Assembly (NCBI GenBank): GCA_963678355.1
Contig: OY782823.1
Span: 1,056,800 to 1,120,799 of the forward strand
Direction: 5' to 3'
DNA length: 64,000 bases
Source of the DNA: Acholeplasmataceae bacterium
Lineage (GTDB): Bacteria; Bacillota_I; Bacilli_A; Acholeplasmatales; Acholeplasmataceae
Part shown: piece by piece, positions 40,520-49,590 of the stretch
Position numbering within the stretch: the first letter of the stretch is position 1
Layout: each line of letters opens with the position of its first letter
Made by a program: the position numbers and the translations under genes
Notes under the pieces: generated by a model
What the model saw: the letters and a program-made list of their open reading frames with translations, nothing else
What the model was told of the DNA's origin: nothing
The model's database searches: none

Positions 40520-41200
40520 ATGCTTAATTTTGATTTCTTACTAAACGGTACGAATATAAGGTTACTATTTCAAGGTCTATTGATGACCTTGATTTTAGCC
40601 TTTCTAGCGGTATTTATTGGCGCGATATTAGCAACCCTTCCTGCTTTTATGCGCATGAGCAAAAATAAAGTCTTAAAAGCGATTGCCACAACTTATGTAG
40701 AAGTCATCAGAGGTACGCCTATGCTTGTCCAAGTACTTCTTATCTATCAATTGATGCGTTTGCCATTAATTCTTTTTATGGGATTAGATATGGGATCATT
40801 TATCCCTGGATTAGTTGCACTTGTGATTAATTCTAGTGCTTATATCAGTGAAGTCATCCGTGCTGGTATTTTAGCTGTAGATAAAGGACAGACAGAAGCT
40901 TCAAGATCTTTAGGCATGTCACAGACACAAACAATGATTAAAATTATATTACCTCAAGCAATCAACAATATTATTCCAGCATTAGGTAATGAATTTGTTA
41001 CGATTATAAAGGAAACTTCAATCTTTATGTATTTAGGTATTGCTGAACTTATGTTCCAAGTCAATATCATTAAATCAAATACATTTAGAGTTACTGAAGT
41101 CTATATAGTTGCAGGCGTATTATATATGATTTTAACGATACCGTTATCTAAACTTATGAATATGCTTGAAAGGAGATTACGTTATGCCTACGGTAAATAA
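40520..41200 (+). CDS. Polar amino-acid ABC transporter permease
   Basis: HisM/GlnP-type permease with EAA-like motif ([11 protein letters not shown]...). Confidence 0.8.
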   Translation: MLNFDFLLNGTNIRLLFQGLLMTLILAFLAVFIGAILATLPAFMRMSKNKVLKAIATTYVEVIRGTPMLVQVLLIYQLMRLPLILFMGLDMGSFIPGLVALVINSSAYISEVIRAGILAVDKGQTEASRSLGMSQTQTMIKIILPQAINNIIPALGNEFVTIIKETSIFMYLGIAELMFQVNIIKSNTFRVTEVYIVAGVLYMILTIPLSKLMNMLERRLRYAYGK

Positions 41201-41933
41201 TATCATTGAAATCAATCATTTAACCAAGACATTTAACGAAACACTTCATGCAGTAAATGATGTGAATTTAACCATTAGTAAAGGTGAAGTTGTATCTATT
41301 ATAGGCCCAAGTGGTAGTGGTAAATCAACTTTACTTAGATGTATTAATTTTATGGAAGTTCCTACTTCGGGTGATGTTATATTTGAAGGTACATCCCTCT
41401 CAATTAAAGATAAAAGTATCAATACCTTACGACAAAAAATTGGTATGGTATTTCAATCATTTAATTTATTCCCTCACTTAAATGTACTCGATAATATAAC
41501 AATCGCCTTAACAACCGTTTTAAAAAAGAGTAAGGCTGAATCCATTGAAACAGCCAAAGCTTTATTGAATAAGGTTGGCTTAATAGATAAAATAAATAGT
41601 TTCCCTGCTCAGCTTTCGGGCGGTCAGAAACAAAGAATAGCGATTGCTAGAGCACTTGCTATGAATCCTGATGTCATGCTTTTTGATGAACCTACTTCTG
41701 CACTTGATCCTGAAATGGTTGGTGAAGTATTATCAGTTATGAAAGATTTAGCTAAAGCTGGTATGACCATGGTAATCGTTACTCATGAAATGGGTTTTGC
41801 TAAAGAGGTCTCTGATCGTGTGATTTTTATGGCCGATGGTAAAATCGTGGAAGAAGGCACACCTTCACAAATATTTAATAAACCTAAAAAAGATAGAACA
41901 ATTGATTTCTTAAAAAGAGTGAATCAAAAATAA
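41184..41933 (+). CDS. Polar amino-acid ABC transporter ATP-binding protein
   Basis: Walker [18 protein letters not shown] signature, Walker [12 protein letters not shown]. Start at MPTV after an AAGGAG RBS. Confidence 0.85.
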   Translation: MPTVNNIIEINHLTKTFNETLHAVNDVNLTISKGEVVSIIGPSGSGKSTLLRCINFMEVPTSGDVIFEGTSLSIKDKSINTLRQKIGMVFQSFNLFPHLNVLDNITIALTTVLKKSKAESIETAKALLNKVGLIDKINSFPAQLSGGQKQRIAIARALAMNPDVMLFDEPTSALDPEMVGEVLSVMKDLAKAGMTMVIVTHEMGFAKEVSDRVIFMADGKIVEEGTPSQIFNKPKKDRTIDFLKRVNQK

Positions 41934-41935
41934 AG

Positions 41936-41964
41936 ACTGGAAATTTCCAGTCTTTTTTTAACGA
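41936..41964. terminator. Bidirectional intrinsic terminator
   Basis: aaagactggaaatttccagtcttttttt perfect hairpin with A/T runs on both sides, between convergent genes. Confidence 0.7.
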
Positions 41965-41965
41965 T

Positions 41966-43237
41966 TTACTTATTTAAAACTTCTTCTATGATCATAAGAC
42001 TATCTAGATTGTCTACTTCATCTTCAAATATGTCATATAGTGCATCAGATCTTTGTTCAAATTGATCAACGGTATACGAAACATCCAATCCAATGATGTG
42101 AAGCGAGATGATCTCATCTGAAATTTTATCTTCACCTTCTTTGGTATATGTGAAAACTGGATACTCTGAATTTCTCCAAGTATCAGAAATGCTTGCACCA
42201 TTAAGTCCACCTGAAAATAACTCGACATCACCATGATATAATGCGTAGCGATTTGAATCTAATTTGTGAAGTTCATCCCAGCCATATACTTCGTATAAGT
42301 TCACCATATAATAGTCAGGTGTGTAAACAAACTTTAACTTATGTTTTACAAAACTACCATACATGACCATTGACGTCGGTTCATTATCTAAAGTTCGATA
42401 ACTAGCAACTTCTTTTGTAGATGCAAGATAAATATGAGTAAAATATTCTGTACCTGAATTTCGATAATAGAAAATATCCATATCTTCTTTAACTTGATCT
42501 ATATTCGTTTTAAGATATTCGACGTCTATCTGATTTGTATTTAGGTTTACGTAATAAGATGTTTCACCAATACCTTCAATAAATCTACTAAAGGATTTTA
42601 ATGCCATTTCATTATTCTCTATAAATCTTCTTGTAATAGTTAATTCTAAAACTTTTTTTGATTGATCACTGATATAGCCATAAATTTCTATCGAGTGCTC
42701 AAATAAACTATCTTCATATGAAAAGCTCAGCCATAAAAACTGATCTTCTCTATAAAAATTAAAATCTTTAATGCGATTATTCGAATAAAACCTTTCGCCT
42801 TCATCTAATTCTAAATCTTTAATGGCACCTATTGCCATATTAAAGTAAAAATCTTTAAACAGATAAAACTGGGATAAATGAGCAGGAATAGTCAAATCAC
42901 TATTTAAAAGCCATAAATTATCACTTAAAACTCTATCATCAGATAGGTTGTAATTAACATAATCACTACGCTTTATGACGTCTTTATCATCTAAATCATT
43001 ATCAATATATCCTTCTTTTTCTGACATATTGATAAACGTATCAAGATTTTCAGGATAGTATGTATCAACTGCATCATTAACCATTTTTAAATAATCTTCA
43101 AATACATATTGGGATGTTTCCCAATCATCATTACTTTCATTTTCAAAATAAGGATTTGATAGATGATTATTTCCACATGCATAAAGTACGACTAACAACA
43201 GACTCATTAATATTAAATTTAAAACTCTTTTCCTCAT
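41966..43237 (-). CDS. Uncharacterised lipoprotein (423 aa), last gene of the unknown-function cluster
   Basis: Signal peptide plus lipobox LLVVLYACGNN. Acidic, Y/D/N-rich, no recognisable catalytic motif. Confidence 0.55.
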   Translation of the reverse strand: MRKRVLNLILMSLLLVVLYACGNNHLSNPYFENESNDDWETSQYVFEDYLKMVNDAVDTYYPENLDTFINMSEKEGYIDNDLDDKDVIKRSDYVNYNLSDDRVLSDNLWLLNSDLTIPAHLSQFYLFKDFYFNMAIGAIKDLELDEGERFYSNNRIKDFNFYREDQFLWLSFSYEDSLFEHSIEIYGYISDQSKKVLELTITRRFIENNEMALKSFSRFIEGIGETSYYVNLNTNQIDVEYLKTNIDQVKEDMDIFYYRNSGTEYFTHIYLASTKEVASYRTLDNEPTSMVMYGSFVKHKLKFVYTPDYYMVNLYEVYGWDELHKLDSNRYALYHGDVELFSGGLNGASISDTWRNSEYPVFTYTKEGEDKISDEIISLHIIGLDVSYTVDQFEQRSDALYDIFEDEVDNLDSLMIIEEVLNK

Positions 43238-43253
43238 AACCCCTCCAATTTAT

Positions 43254-44051
43254 TTAAATCAAAAATATACTGATAACAAGCGTGCCTAAGAAAAGTATGA
43301 TTTCAAATACATTTACTAGAGTATATCTTATGTTTAATGAATCCTTATCAAAACTTAGATCATGCCATATAATATCATTAAGAACTTGATTTTTAATCAC
43401 CGTTCTAAATGCAAATCGATTAACTATTGCATATACAACATATGAAATAGCTACAGACCCCAAAATCAATAATGCAGTTAAATTATCTCTTAATAAAATG
43501 AATATCATCAATGTGATAAGTCCAGACAATAGCGTCATATGATGTAGAAATAAAAAATGTTTATGATTCATTTTGAATTGTTCATCATAGTAAGAGACTT
43601 TATAAAATTGATTTAACTTTACTTCGTTATATTTATCATCTCTACCAATGGCTTCAAGTTTCATCTTTAATGCTTTAATCAGTTCCCAAGAACCTATTAC
43701 TTCTTTCGATATGATGATAGGATCTTGATGTCTAGATGATATGATGATAGAACTTCCTGTAAATTTATCCTTTGACGATTCTATATAGATGATATCTTCA
43801 TATAAAACCGTATATTCAATTTTATGATTTTCAAAAGAAATACCATCATCTGTAATTATATATTTAGTTTGTCTTCTTTGTTTCATATATCGAATAGAAA
43901 CAAAACATAAAAATAACAGTACACCAGAAATAATTTCTTCAAATGAATGATCATGAATGCCTATAATAATGATCGTAGCTGATATTATAATGTAAAAATA
44001 GGAAGCGATTGCTGTGCCGTTTTCCTTTTTTAACTGATATGTTTGGTTCAT
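43254..44051 (-). CDS. Membrane protein with bacterial PH-like (bPH) central domain, paralogue 2
   Basis: 265 aa. Two TM, then YIITDDGISFENHKIEYTVLYEDIIYIE..., then KLEAIGRDDKYNEVKLNQFYKVSYYDEQF, then two TM. Clear paralogue of the upstream gene. Confidence 0.5.
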   Translation of the reverse strand: MNQTYQLKKENGTAIASYFYIIISATIIIIGIHDHSFEEIISGVLLFLCFVSIRYMKQRRQTKYIITDDGISFENHKIEYTVLYEDIIYIESSKDKFTGSSIIISSRHQDPIIISKEVIGSWELIKALKMKLEAIGRDDKYNEVKLNQFYKVSYYDEQFKMNHKHFLFLHHMTLLSGLITLMIFILLRDNLTALLILGSVAISYVVYAIVNRFAFRTVIKNQVLNDIIWHDLSFDKDSLNIRYTLVNVFEIILFLGTLVISIFLI

Positions 44052-44073
44052 CGTCGTCTCCTGTGTTAATTAA

Positions 44074-44889
44074 TTATGCAAAAATTTGAATTACAGCACC
44101 TAATATAACTGCCAATACTAATAAACCTATTTGAATATAAAATACATTTCTAAGTCTTTTTCTAGCAAGGTCTTTATCATATGGAACAACTTCCCATGAG
44201 ATTCCATGATTAGACTCTTTTTTAATTGCTTTTGTATATTTGTATAACTCTACATAAATATATGGAACTAAACCTAAAAGTAGAGAGCCTATAACCGTCA
44301 TTGAGATGATTTGAAAATCAAAAGCAGAAAACAGTATACCAACAACAATATGCGACACCAAAACTATAGAATATCTTGGAAAATAATATCTATTTCTTTC
44401 AAATGATTGATCTGAAAAATAAGATGTTTTAAAAAAGTTATTTAATTTTTTTTCGTTATAAATATCATTTTTTTCCATCTCATCAAGTTTTGTTTTTAAG
44501 TTTTCTACAAACTCACCGATACCATTAACAACCACTGTAAGTCTTAAAGGCTTATTTGTCGTTGAGTGAATGACTAACCATCCACCAGTGTATCTAATAC
44601 TTCTAGAATCTATGAATTTAATATCATCATATAAAATCGTAAACTGTTTTTTATAATCCTCATAATAAATCCCCTCATCAGTTAGCATATATTTTGTCGT
44701 TACTAGTTTTTTATAAAATCTATTCATAAGAAAAAAATAGAAAACAAAAAACAATGCTAAAATGAGCAATCCATAAGCCTCTGCTGCAATACTTGCAATA
44801 ATTAGTACAACAGCAAAAATGAGCATAGTTGGCAACAGAAATCTTTTTATATACTTTAAATGCTTTCTATATACGTACGCTTTATTCAT
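44074..44889 (-). CDS. Membrane protein with bacterial PH-like (bPH) central domain, paralogue 1
   Basis: 271 aa. Same TM-bPH-TM architecture (YMLTDEGIYYEDYKKQFTILYDDIKFID... KLDEMEKNDIYNEKKLNNFFKTSYFSDQSF). Confidence 0.5.
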   Translation of the reverse strand: MNKAYVYRKHLKYIKRFLLPTMLIFAVVLIIASIAAEAYGLLILALFFVFYFFLMNRFYKKLVTTKYMLTDEGIYYEDYKKQFTILYDDIKFIDSRSIRYTGGWLVIHSTTNKPLRLTVVVNGIGEFVENLKTKLDEMEKNDIYNEKKLNNFFKTSYFSDQSFERNRYYFPRYSIVLVSHIVVGILFSAFDFQIISMTVIGSLLLGLVPYIYVELYKYTKAIKKESNHGISWEVVPYDKDLARKRLRNVFYIQIGLLVLAVILGAVIQIFA

Positions 44890-44890
44890 T

Positions 44891-45382
44891 TTATTCCCCC
44901 TCGAATTCTAAAATAATTTTATTTAATAAACCTTTTGAAAGTGGTCCTCTCATCGGTTTAATTTCACTTAATTGATTCATAGGTACAAAAATCACTTGAT
45001 CGACTTCATCATTTTCGATAAATTGACCACTATCAACTTTCGCTTTAAAGACAATCCACACCAATCGATTCGCATCCATGGTTGTTACATGGTAAACTTC
45101 TAAATCCTTAATCTTATAGCCAGATTCTTCATAACACTCTCTTTTGGCAGCATCTTCCAAGGATTCACCTAAATCTCTATAACCCCCAGGAAATGTGTAT
45201 AAACCTGTTCTTCTCATACGAACCATAAGCACTTCGTTCTCTTCATTGGTTGCAAACACTACAGTAGATACATTGACCCAGTTATCCCAATCAATATACC
45301 CACAAGAACACTGTTTATAAGGCTTATTTTCGACTTTTATGTATTTCTCTAGTCTTAACCCACAATTTGGACAATATTTCAT
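44891..45382 (-). CDS. Nudix hydrolase with N-terminal zinc-ribbon (NudC-like minimal architecture)
   Basis: CPNCG...CSCG zinc ribbon, then Nudix box GGYRDLGESLEDAAKRECYEESG (GX5EX7REUXEEXGU). Confidence 0.8.
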   Translation of the reverse strand: MKYCPNCGLRLEKYIKVENKPYKQCSCGYIDWDNWVNVSTVVFATNEENEVLMVRMRRTGLYTFPGGYRDLGESLEDAAKRECYEESGYKIKDLEVYHVTTMDANRLVWIVFKAKVDSGQFIENDEVDQVIFVPMNQLSEIKPMRGPLSKGLLNKIILEFEGE

Positions 45383-45400
45383 AGATGAGCCTCTCTTTGT

Positions 45401-45589
45401 TTATGCTTTACTATCTAATATCCAACCAATATAGCTTGCTATAAAAATTGCGCCTAAACCAATCATCACGACAACACCACTCAACATATCAGTTGCCATA
45501 TGATCAATTATCGCATTGATCGCCAAAATAACGATTAAGATAAACGATATGATTGCAAGACCCAAATTTATTTGTTTTCTATATTTCAT
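45401..45589 (-). CDS. Small two-TM membrane protein (62 aa)
   Basis: Two hydrophobic helices. Tightly spaced between the GNAT and Nudix genes (18-19 nt gaps). Confidence 0.4.
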   Translation of the reverse strand: MKYRKQINLGLAIISFILIVILAINAIIDHMATDMLSGVVVMIGLGAIFIASYIGWILDSKA

Positions 45590-45608
45590 AAAATCCCCCG
45601 ATATATAT

Positions 45609-46115
45609 TTATTGTTTTTTTATTCTAGTATAATAATTTTCACGATCTTCATGATCAATATATGCACCATTATTTTTTTGTGCTCTAAGTGATCCTAGAT
45701 TTGTTTTTTTACAACTCATGTAGATCATATCTTCTTCAATTAAATCTTTCGTAGCTTCTAAGACTAACTTTAAGCCCTCTGTAGCAAACCCCTGTTGACG
45801 ATACTTTGGATGAATACCAAATCCAATATGTCCAGCACTATCCCTTAAGACATCATTTAAATAATGTCTGACTTTAAAAAGACCAACGATCAATTCATCT
45901 TGCCACAAGAAAAAATATGTATCTGGTACATGACCTACAGGTATATCAATACCATTTGCATGATTGATAATCTCTTTAGCAAACTTATTTGCGAAATCAT
46001 TGTAACTACATCCTGCATATTTGTTGATAAATCCATTTTCATCAAATGGTATTTCTTGTAAATATTGATATTCTTTTTTTAAATCACCCAAATTAAATTT
46101 CTTAACATATAACAT
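45609..46115 (-). CDS. GNAT-family N-acetyltransferase
   Basis: 168 aa. Motif A-like HIGFGIHPKYRQQGFATEGLKLVLE. Preceded by a TATAAT -10 box and a GAGGTG RBS. Confidence 0.6.
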   Translation of the reverse strand: MLYVKKFNLGDLKKEYQYLQEIPFDENGFINKYAGCSYNDFANKFAKEIINHANGIDIPVGHVPDTYFFLWQDELIVGLFKVRHYLNDVLRDSAGHIGFGIHPKYRQQGFATEGLKLVLEATKDLIEEDMIYMSCKKTNLGSLRAQKNNGAYIDHEDRENYYTRIKKQ

Positions 46116-46180
46116 GATTTGAGCACCTCATTAATTTATCTAAATTATAACATAAAAAAAACTTCCTACAAAGGAAGTCT
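46116..46180 (-). terminator. Internal terminator plus promoter between the LRR-protein gene and the GNAT gene
   Basis: Minus-strand hairpin AAAGACTTCCTTTGTAGGAAGT plus a T8 run, followed by TATAAT and an RBS. Confidence 0.55.
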
Positions 46181-48241
46181 TTAATTTTGTATTGCGTCAA
46201 TAAGACTTTGATTACCTTCTGCCTCAATGACTAAATTGTTGATATCACCTAAATAGGTCACAGTGACTAAAGTTGTGCTCTTAAACGCATTCGCTTCAAT
46301 ATATGTAACACTTCCAGGTATAATAAGTGTTTCGATACCACTTTGTTCAAATGCATACGATGGAATAATCTCTATACCTGATGGTAACTCAAAATCTTTT
46401 AAAGCGAATGTTTGATAGAAACTTCTAATCCCAATTTGACTAAGTTCATCTGGTAAAATAATGTGTTCTAAATCCCATGCTCGATAAAATGTAACATGAT
46501 GAATCATTTCAATATCGTAGATTTCTACAGTCTTTAATGTATTTGGAATCAGCTCATTACTTGTATAAGTAGCACTACCAAAAATATAGGCTAGCACATC
46601 AGTACTATTTCTAAGTTCATCACCTGATTCTCTTTTCTCACCTAGGAAAGGCACAGTTAGAGAAGTTAAATGATCTGCGCCTTCTAAAACACCGATACCC
46701 ATGTGTTGTACTGATATTGGGAAGGATATTTCAATAAGATTTTGTGCATTTGCAAATGCTCTTTTTCCAATAGACTCTAAATGACTATTAGGCTCAAAAA
46801 TAATCTCTTCTAAAGCAATTGCATTTTCGAAAGCTTCATCTTTAATCACTTCAACATGTGATCCAATGGTTAATGTCTTTAAATTATATAAATCTCTAAA
46901 TGTATGACTTTCAATCACTTGATCATTTACAGTTAAATGCTCAATAACGATTGGTACTAATTTAATATCACCATTTGTTTTATATAAAATATTGTTTTCA
47001 ACATAAAAATTTGGGTTATCATCATTGACGGTAACAACTTCTAAATCTTCAAGTACTGATGTTGAATATATATATAGATCATTAAGTGATGCATTAATAT
47101 TTAATGTCGTAATATCATAATTGAAATTTCTATCAAAAGTAATTGTAGAAACATCAATGCCATTAATTTTTTCAGGTACATCATATATCAATTCACTTGT
47201 TTCTACTGTTAAATTTAATCCACTGTGATTCACAACTAAACGATATGAACCAAAACGTATCCAAGAAACCGAAATCAAAAGTATAGAAATGACTAAGAAA
47301 ATCATTTTAGATGATTGGAAAACTACTTGATATCGTTTAAAATTTTGATACTTAACAAAATTATATATCATTAAAATATCTAGTAAGTATACAAATACTA
47401 AATTATAAGCAGTACCTACAAATACGATAATCATTACAATGTTTAGATACAAAATAATTGCATGTCTGATCACATCTAATATAATATGAAGCACTTTTTT
47501 ATAATAGAGTTTAGCAAAAATCAATCCGACAATCGATAGGATTAACAAAACCGGTAGAATAAATCGGTTGAGTATACCAAAAGCCTCATTTTTAATATTA
47601 TTTAGAAATAAGAAATCTCCCATAAAGCCTTGAATAAACAATTGAAATAATAAAGCTAAAGATAGTAATACAGAAGTGTATTTTAGTTGATTGACTTCTT
47701 TATCCGTATGTCTAGATATTTCATATAAATGATTATCATAGCTAAATAATTTTTTACGATCATTACCACAATATGCACAAACATCTTCTGATGATCCATG
47801 GATATGTCCACATGTACATATCCAATAATCGCTATAGTTTTCAGCGATATATTCGATACGCTCTTTTGTTTGATCTGTAAGTTTTGAAATCTCGTTTTTA
47901 TATAAAAATCTCTCAAACCCTAATTGATGTACTGACTTTGGTTGAGTAACATGTATTAATTTATACTGTTCAGCTATATAAGTCTTATCATTCGTATTGA
48001 ACTTAGATATGATAACAGAATCAGAAAAAGTGATATCGCTATGCTTTACTTCTAAAGAAAGAATTTGCTCACTAGATGAGACATCTACTAATATATTTGT
48101 GTTGCCAACTTGAAAAGAGATAACCTTTATATATAAACTTCTATCATTAAAAACCACCAAGTTGACTTGATGATTTTCTATTGAAAATGATTGAAGATAT
48201 AGAGGATAGTCTACATAATAGCTATTATTTTTTTTATCCAT
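46181..48241 (-). CDS. Multi-domain membrane protein: N-terminal domain with zinc ribbon, ~5 TM helices, C-terminal BspA-type leucine-rich repeat region
   Basis: 686 aa. WICTCGHIHGSSEDVCAYCG zinc ribbon. Hydrophobic block at about residues 190-330. Then LRR_5-like repeats (EAFENAIALEEIIFEPNSHLESIGKRAFANAQNLIEISFP, IPSYAFEQSGIETLIIPGSVTYIEANAFKSTTL). Confidence 0.6.
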   Translation of the reverse strand: MDKKNNSYYVDYPLYLQSFSIENHQVNLVVFNDRSLYIKVISFQVGNTNILVDVSSSEQILSLEVKHSDITFSDSVIISKFNTNDKTYIAEQYKLIHVTQPKSVHQLGFERFLYKNEISKLTDQTKERIEYIAENYSDYWICTCGHIHGSSEDVCAYCGNDRKKLFSYDNHLYEISRHTDKEVNQLKYTSVLLSLALLFQLFIQGFMGDFLFLNNIKNEAFGILNRFILPVLLILSIVGLIFAKLYYKKVLHIILDVIRHAIILYLNIVMIIVFVGTAYNLVFVYLLDILMIYNFVKYQNFKRYQVVFQSSKMIFLVISILLISVSWIRFGSYRLVVNHSGLNLTVETSELIYDVPEKINGIDVSTITFDRNFNYDITTLNINASLNDLYIYSTSVLEDLEVVTVNDDNPNFYVENNILYKTNGDIKLVPIVIEHLTVNDQVIESHTFRDLYNLKTLTIGSHVEVIKDEAFENAIALEEIIFEPNSHLESIGKRAFANAQNLIEISFPISVQHMGIGVLEGADHLTSLTVPFLGEKRESGDELRNSTDVLAYIFGSATYTSNELIPNTLKTVEIYDIEMIHHVTFYRAWDLEHIILPDELSQIGIRSFYQTFALKDFELPSGIEIIPSYAFEQSGIETLIIPGSVTYIEANAFKSTTLVTVTYLGDINNLVIEAEGNQSLIDAIQN

Positions 48242-48245
48242 TTTA

Positions 48246-48557
48246 TCAACCTAATAAATTAAATACGACAATCGATAATACAATATTAATTAAGCAAGAA
48301 ATTAATAATGTATTTTGATCCATTCGGTATTTTTTATATTTTTCAGATGTTTTATCTCTCTTAATTGTACCATTTTCTTTATAGTTATCTCTGTCATAAT
48401 GTGAAACACGACCAAAATAAAATGCTAATTCAAGTAACGCAAAAACAACCAATACAATTTCAAATAAGACCTCTCTTTGTGAGGTGAAATAAATGATACC
48501 ACCAATCACTAAAGGGATGCATATTAAAATTATTAGGTTCTTTACATTTATTTTCAT
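48246..48557 (-). CDS. Small three-TM membrane protein (103 aa), first gene of the cluster
   Basis: Three hydrophobic helices. Stop is 4 nt from the start of the LRR-protein gene. GGAG RBS. Confidence 0.45.
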   Translation of the reverse strand: MKINVKNLIILICIPLVIGGIIYFTSQREVLFEIVLVVFALLELAFYFGRVSHYDRDNYKENGTIKRDKTSEKYKKYRMDQNTLLISCLINIVLSIVVFNLLG

Positions 48558-48570
48558 TTCTCCAACTTCT

Positions 48571-48600
48571 TTCTACGGCAAAAAAGTACTCATCATGAGT
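48571..48600 (-). terminator. Terminator after oppF
   Basis: aaagtactcat(ca)tgagtacttt hairpin followed by a T-run on the minus strand. Confidence 0.55.
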
Positions 48601-48603
48601 ACT

Positions 48604-49590
48604 TTAAGCTTTTTTCCATTCTTTTAATAATTCAGGTGTTGCAAGTACAAAGCGGTCAGTTGATATTTCAATAAACTCACATGCTTCATAATCAATGTCA
48701 CCTTTTTCATAAACAACCTTCACTCTATCATCTTTAGATTTAGGGTCTGGTTGTGGAATTGCAGTTAATAACGCTCTTGTATATGGGTGAATTGGATTTG
48801 AATAAATTTCTTTAGCATCTCCTAATTCAACAATATAACCTTGATGCATTACAGCGATTCTATCAGAAATATATTTAATAATAGAAAGGTCATGTGCAAT
48901 AAATAAATAAGTAAGGTTATGTTCTCTTTGTAACTTTTTAAGTAAGTTTAGAACTTGTGCACGAATCGATACGTCAAGTGCTGAAATAGGTTCATCTGCA
49001 AGCACTAATTCTGGTTCAATAACCAAAGCTCTAGCAATCCCAATACGTTGTCTTTGTCCACCTGAGAACTCATGTGGATATCTAGATAAATGTTCTGGTA
49101 ATAAGCTTACATCTTCTAATATTTTATAGACTTTTTTTAAGCGATCTTCTTCATTTTCAAATAATTTAAAGTTATATAGACCTTCTGAGATAATATAATC
49201 CACATTTGCTCTATCATTTAGAGAAGCTGCAGGATCTTGGAAAATCATTTGAATTTGTTTCTTAGTAGCTTTTCTCTCAGCACGACTTAATGGTCTTGAA
49301 ATATTTTGGCCTTTAAAGTAAATGGCACCTTTAGATAAGTGATTAATCCCAATGATTGCTCTTGAAATTGTTGTTTTACCACTACCGGATTCACCAACTA
49401 AACCAAATGTTTCACCTTCATAAATTTTGAAATTTAAATTATTACATGCTCTAACAACTTTATTTCTACCAACTTTAAATCTAATATCAGCATCTTTTAC
49501 TTCTAAAAGAATTTTTCTACCAGTTTTTTCATCTACAGTTGGTACTTCATTAGGATAGATTACTTTTTCTTTTTTATTTTTACTGTTCAT
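48604..49590 (-). CDS. oppF: Oligopeptide ABC transporter ATP-binding protein OppF
   Basis: Walker A GESGSGKTT, LSGGQRQR signature, C-terminal oligopeptide-ABC extension. Confidence 0.85.
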   Translation of the reverse strand: MNSKNKKEKVIYPNEVPTVDEKTGRKILLEVKDADIRFKVGRNKVVRACNNLNFKIYEGETFGLVGESGSGKTTISRAIIGINHLSKGAIYFKGQNISRPLSRAERKATKKQIQMIFQDPAASLNDRANVDYIISEGLYNFKLFENEEDRLKKVYKILEDVSLLPEHLSRYPHEFSGGQRQRIGIARALVIEPELVLADEPISALDVSIRAQVLNLLKKLQREHNLTYLFIAHDLSIIKYISDRIAVMHQGYIVELGDAKEIYSNPIHPYTRALLTAIPQPDPKSKDDRVKVVYEKGDIDYEACEFIEISTDRFVLATPELLKEWKKA

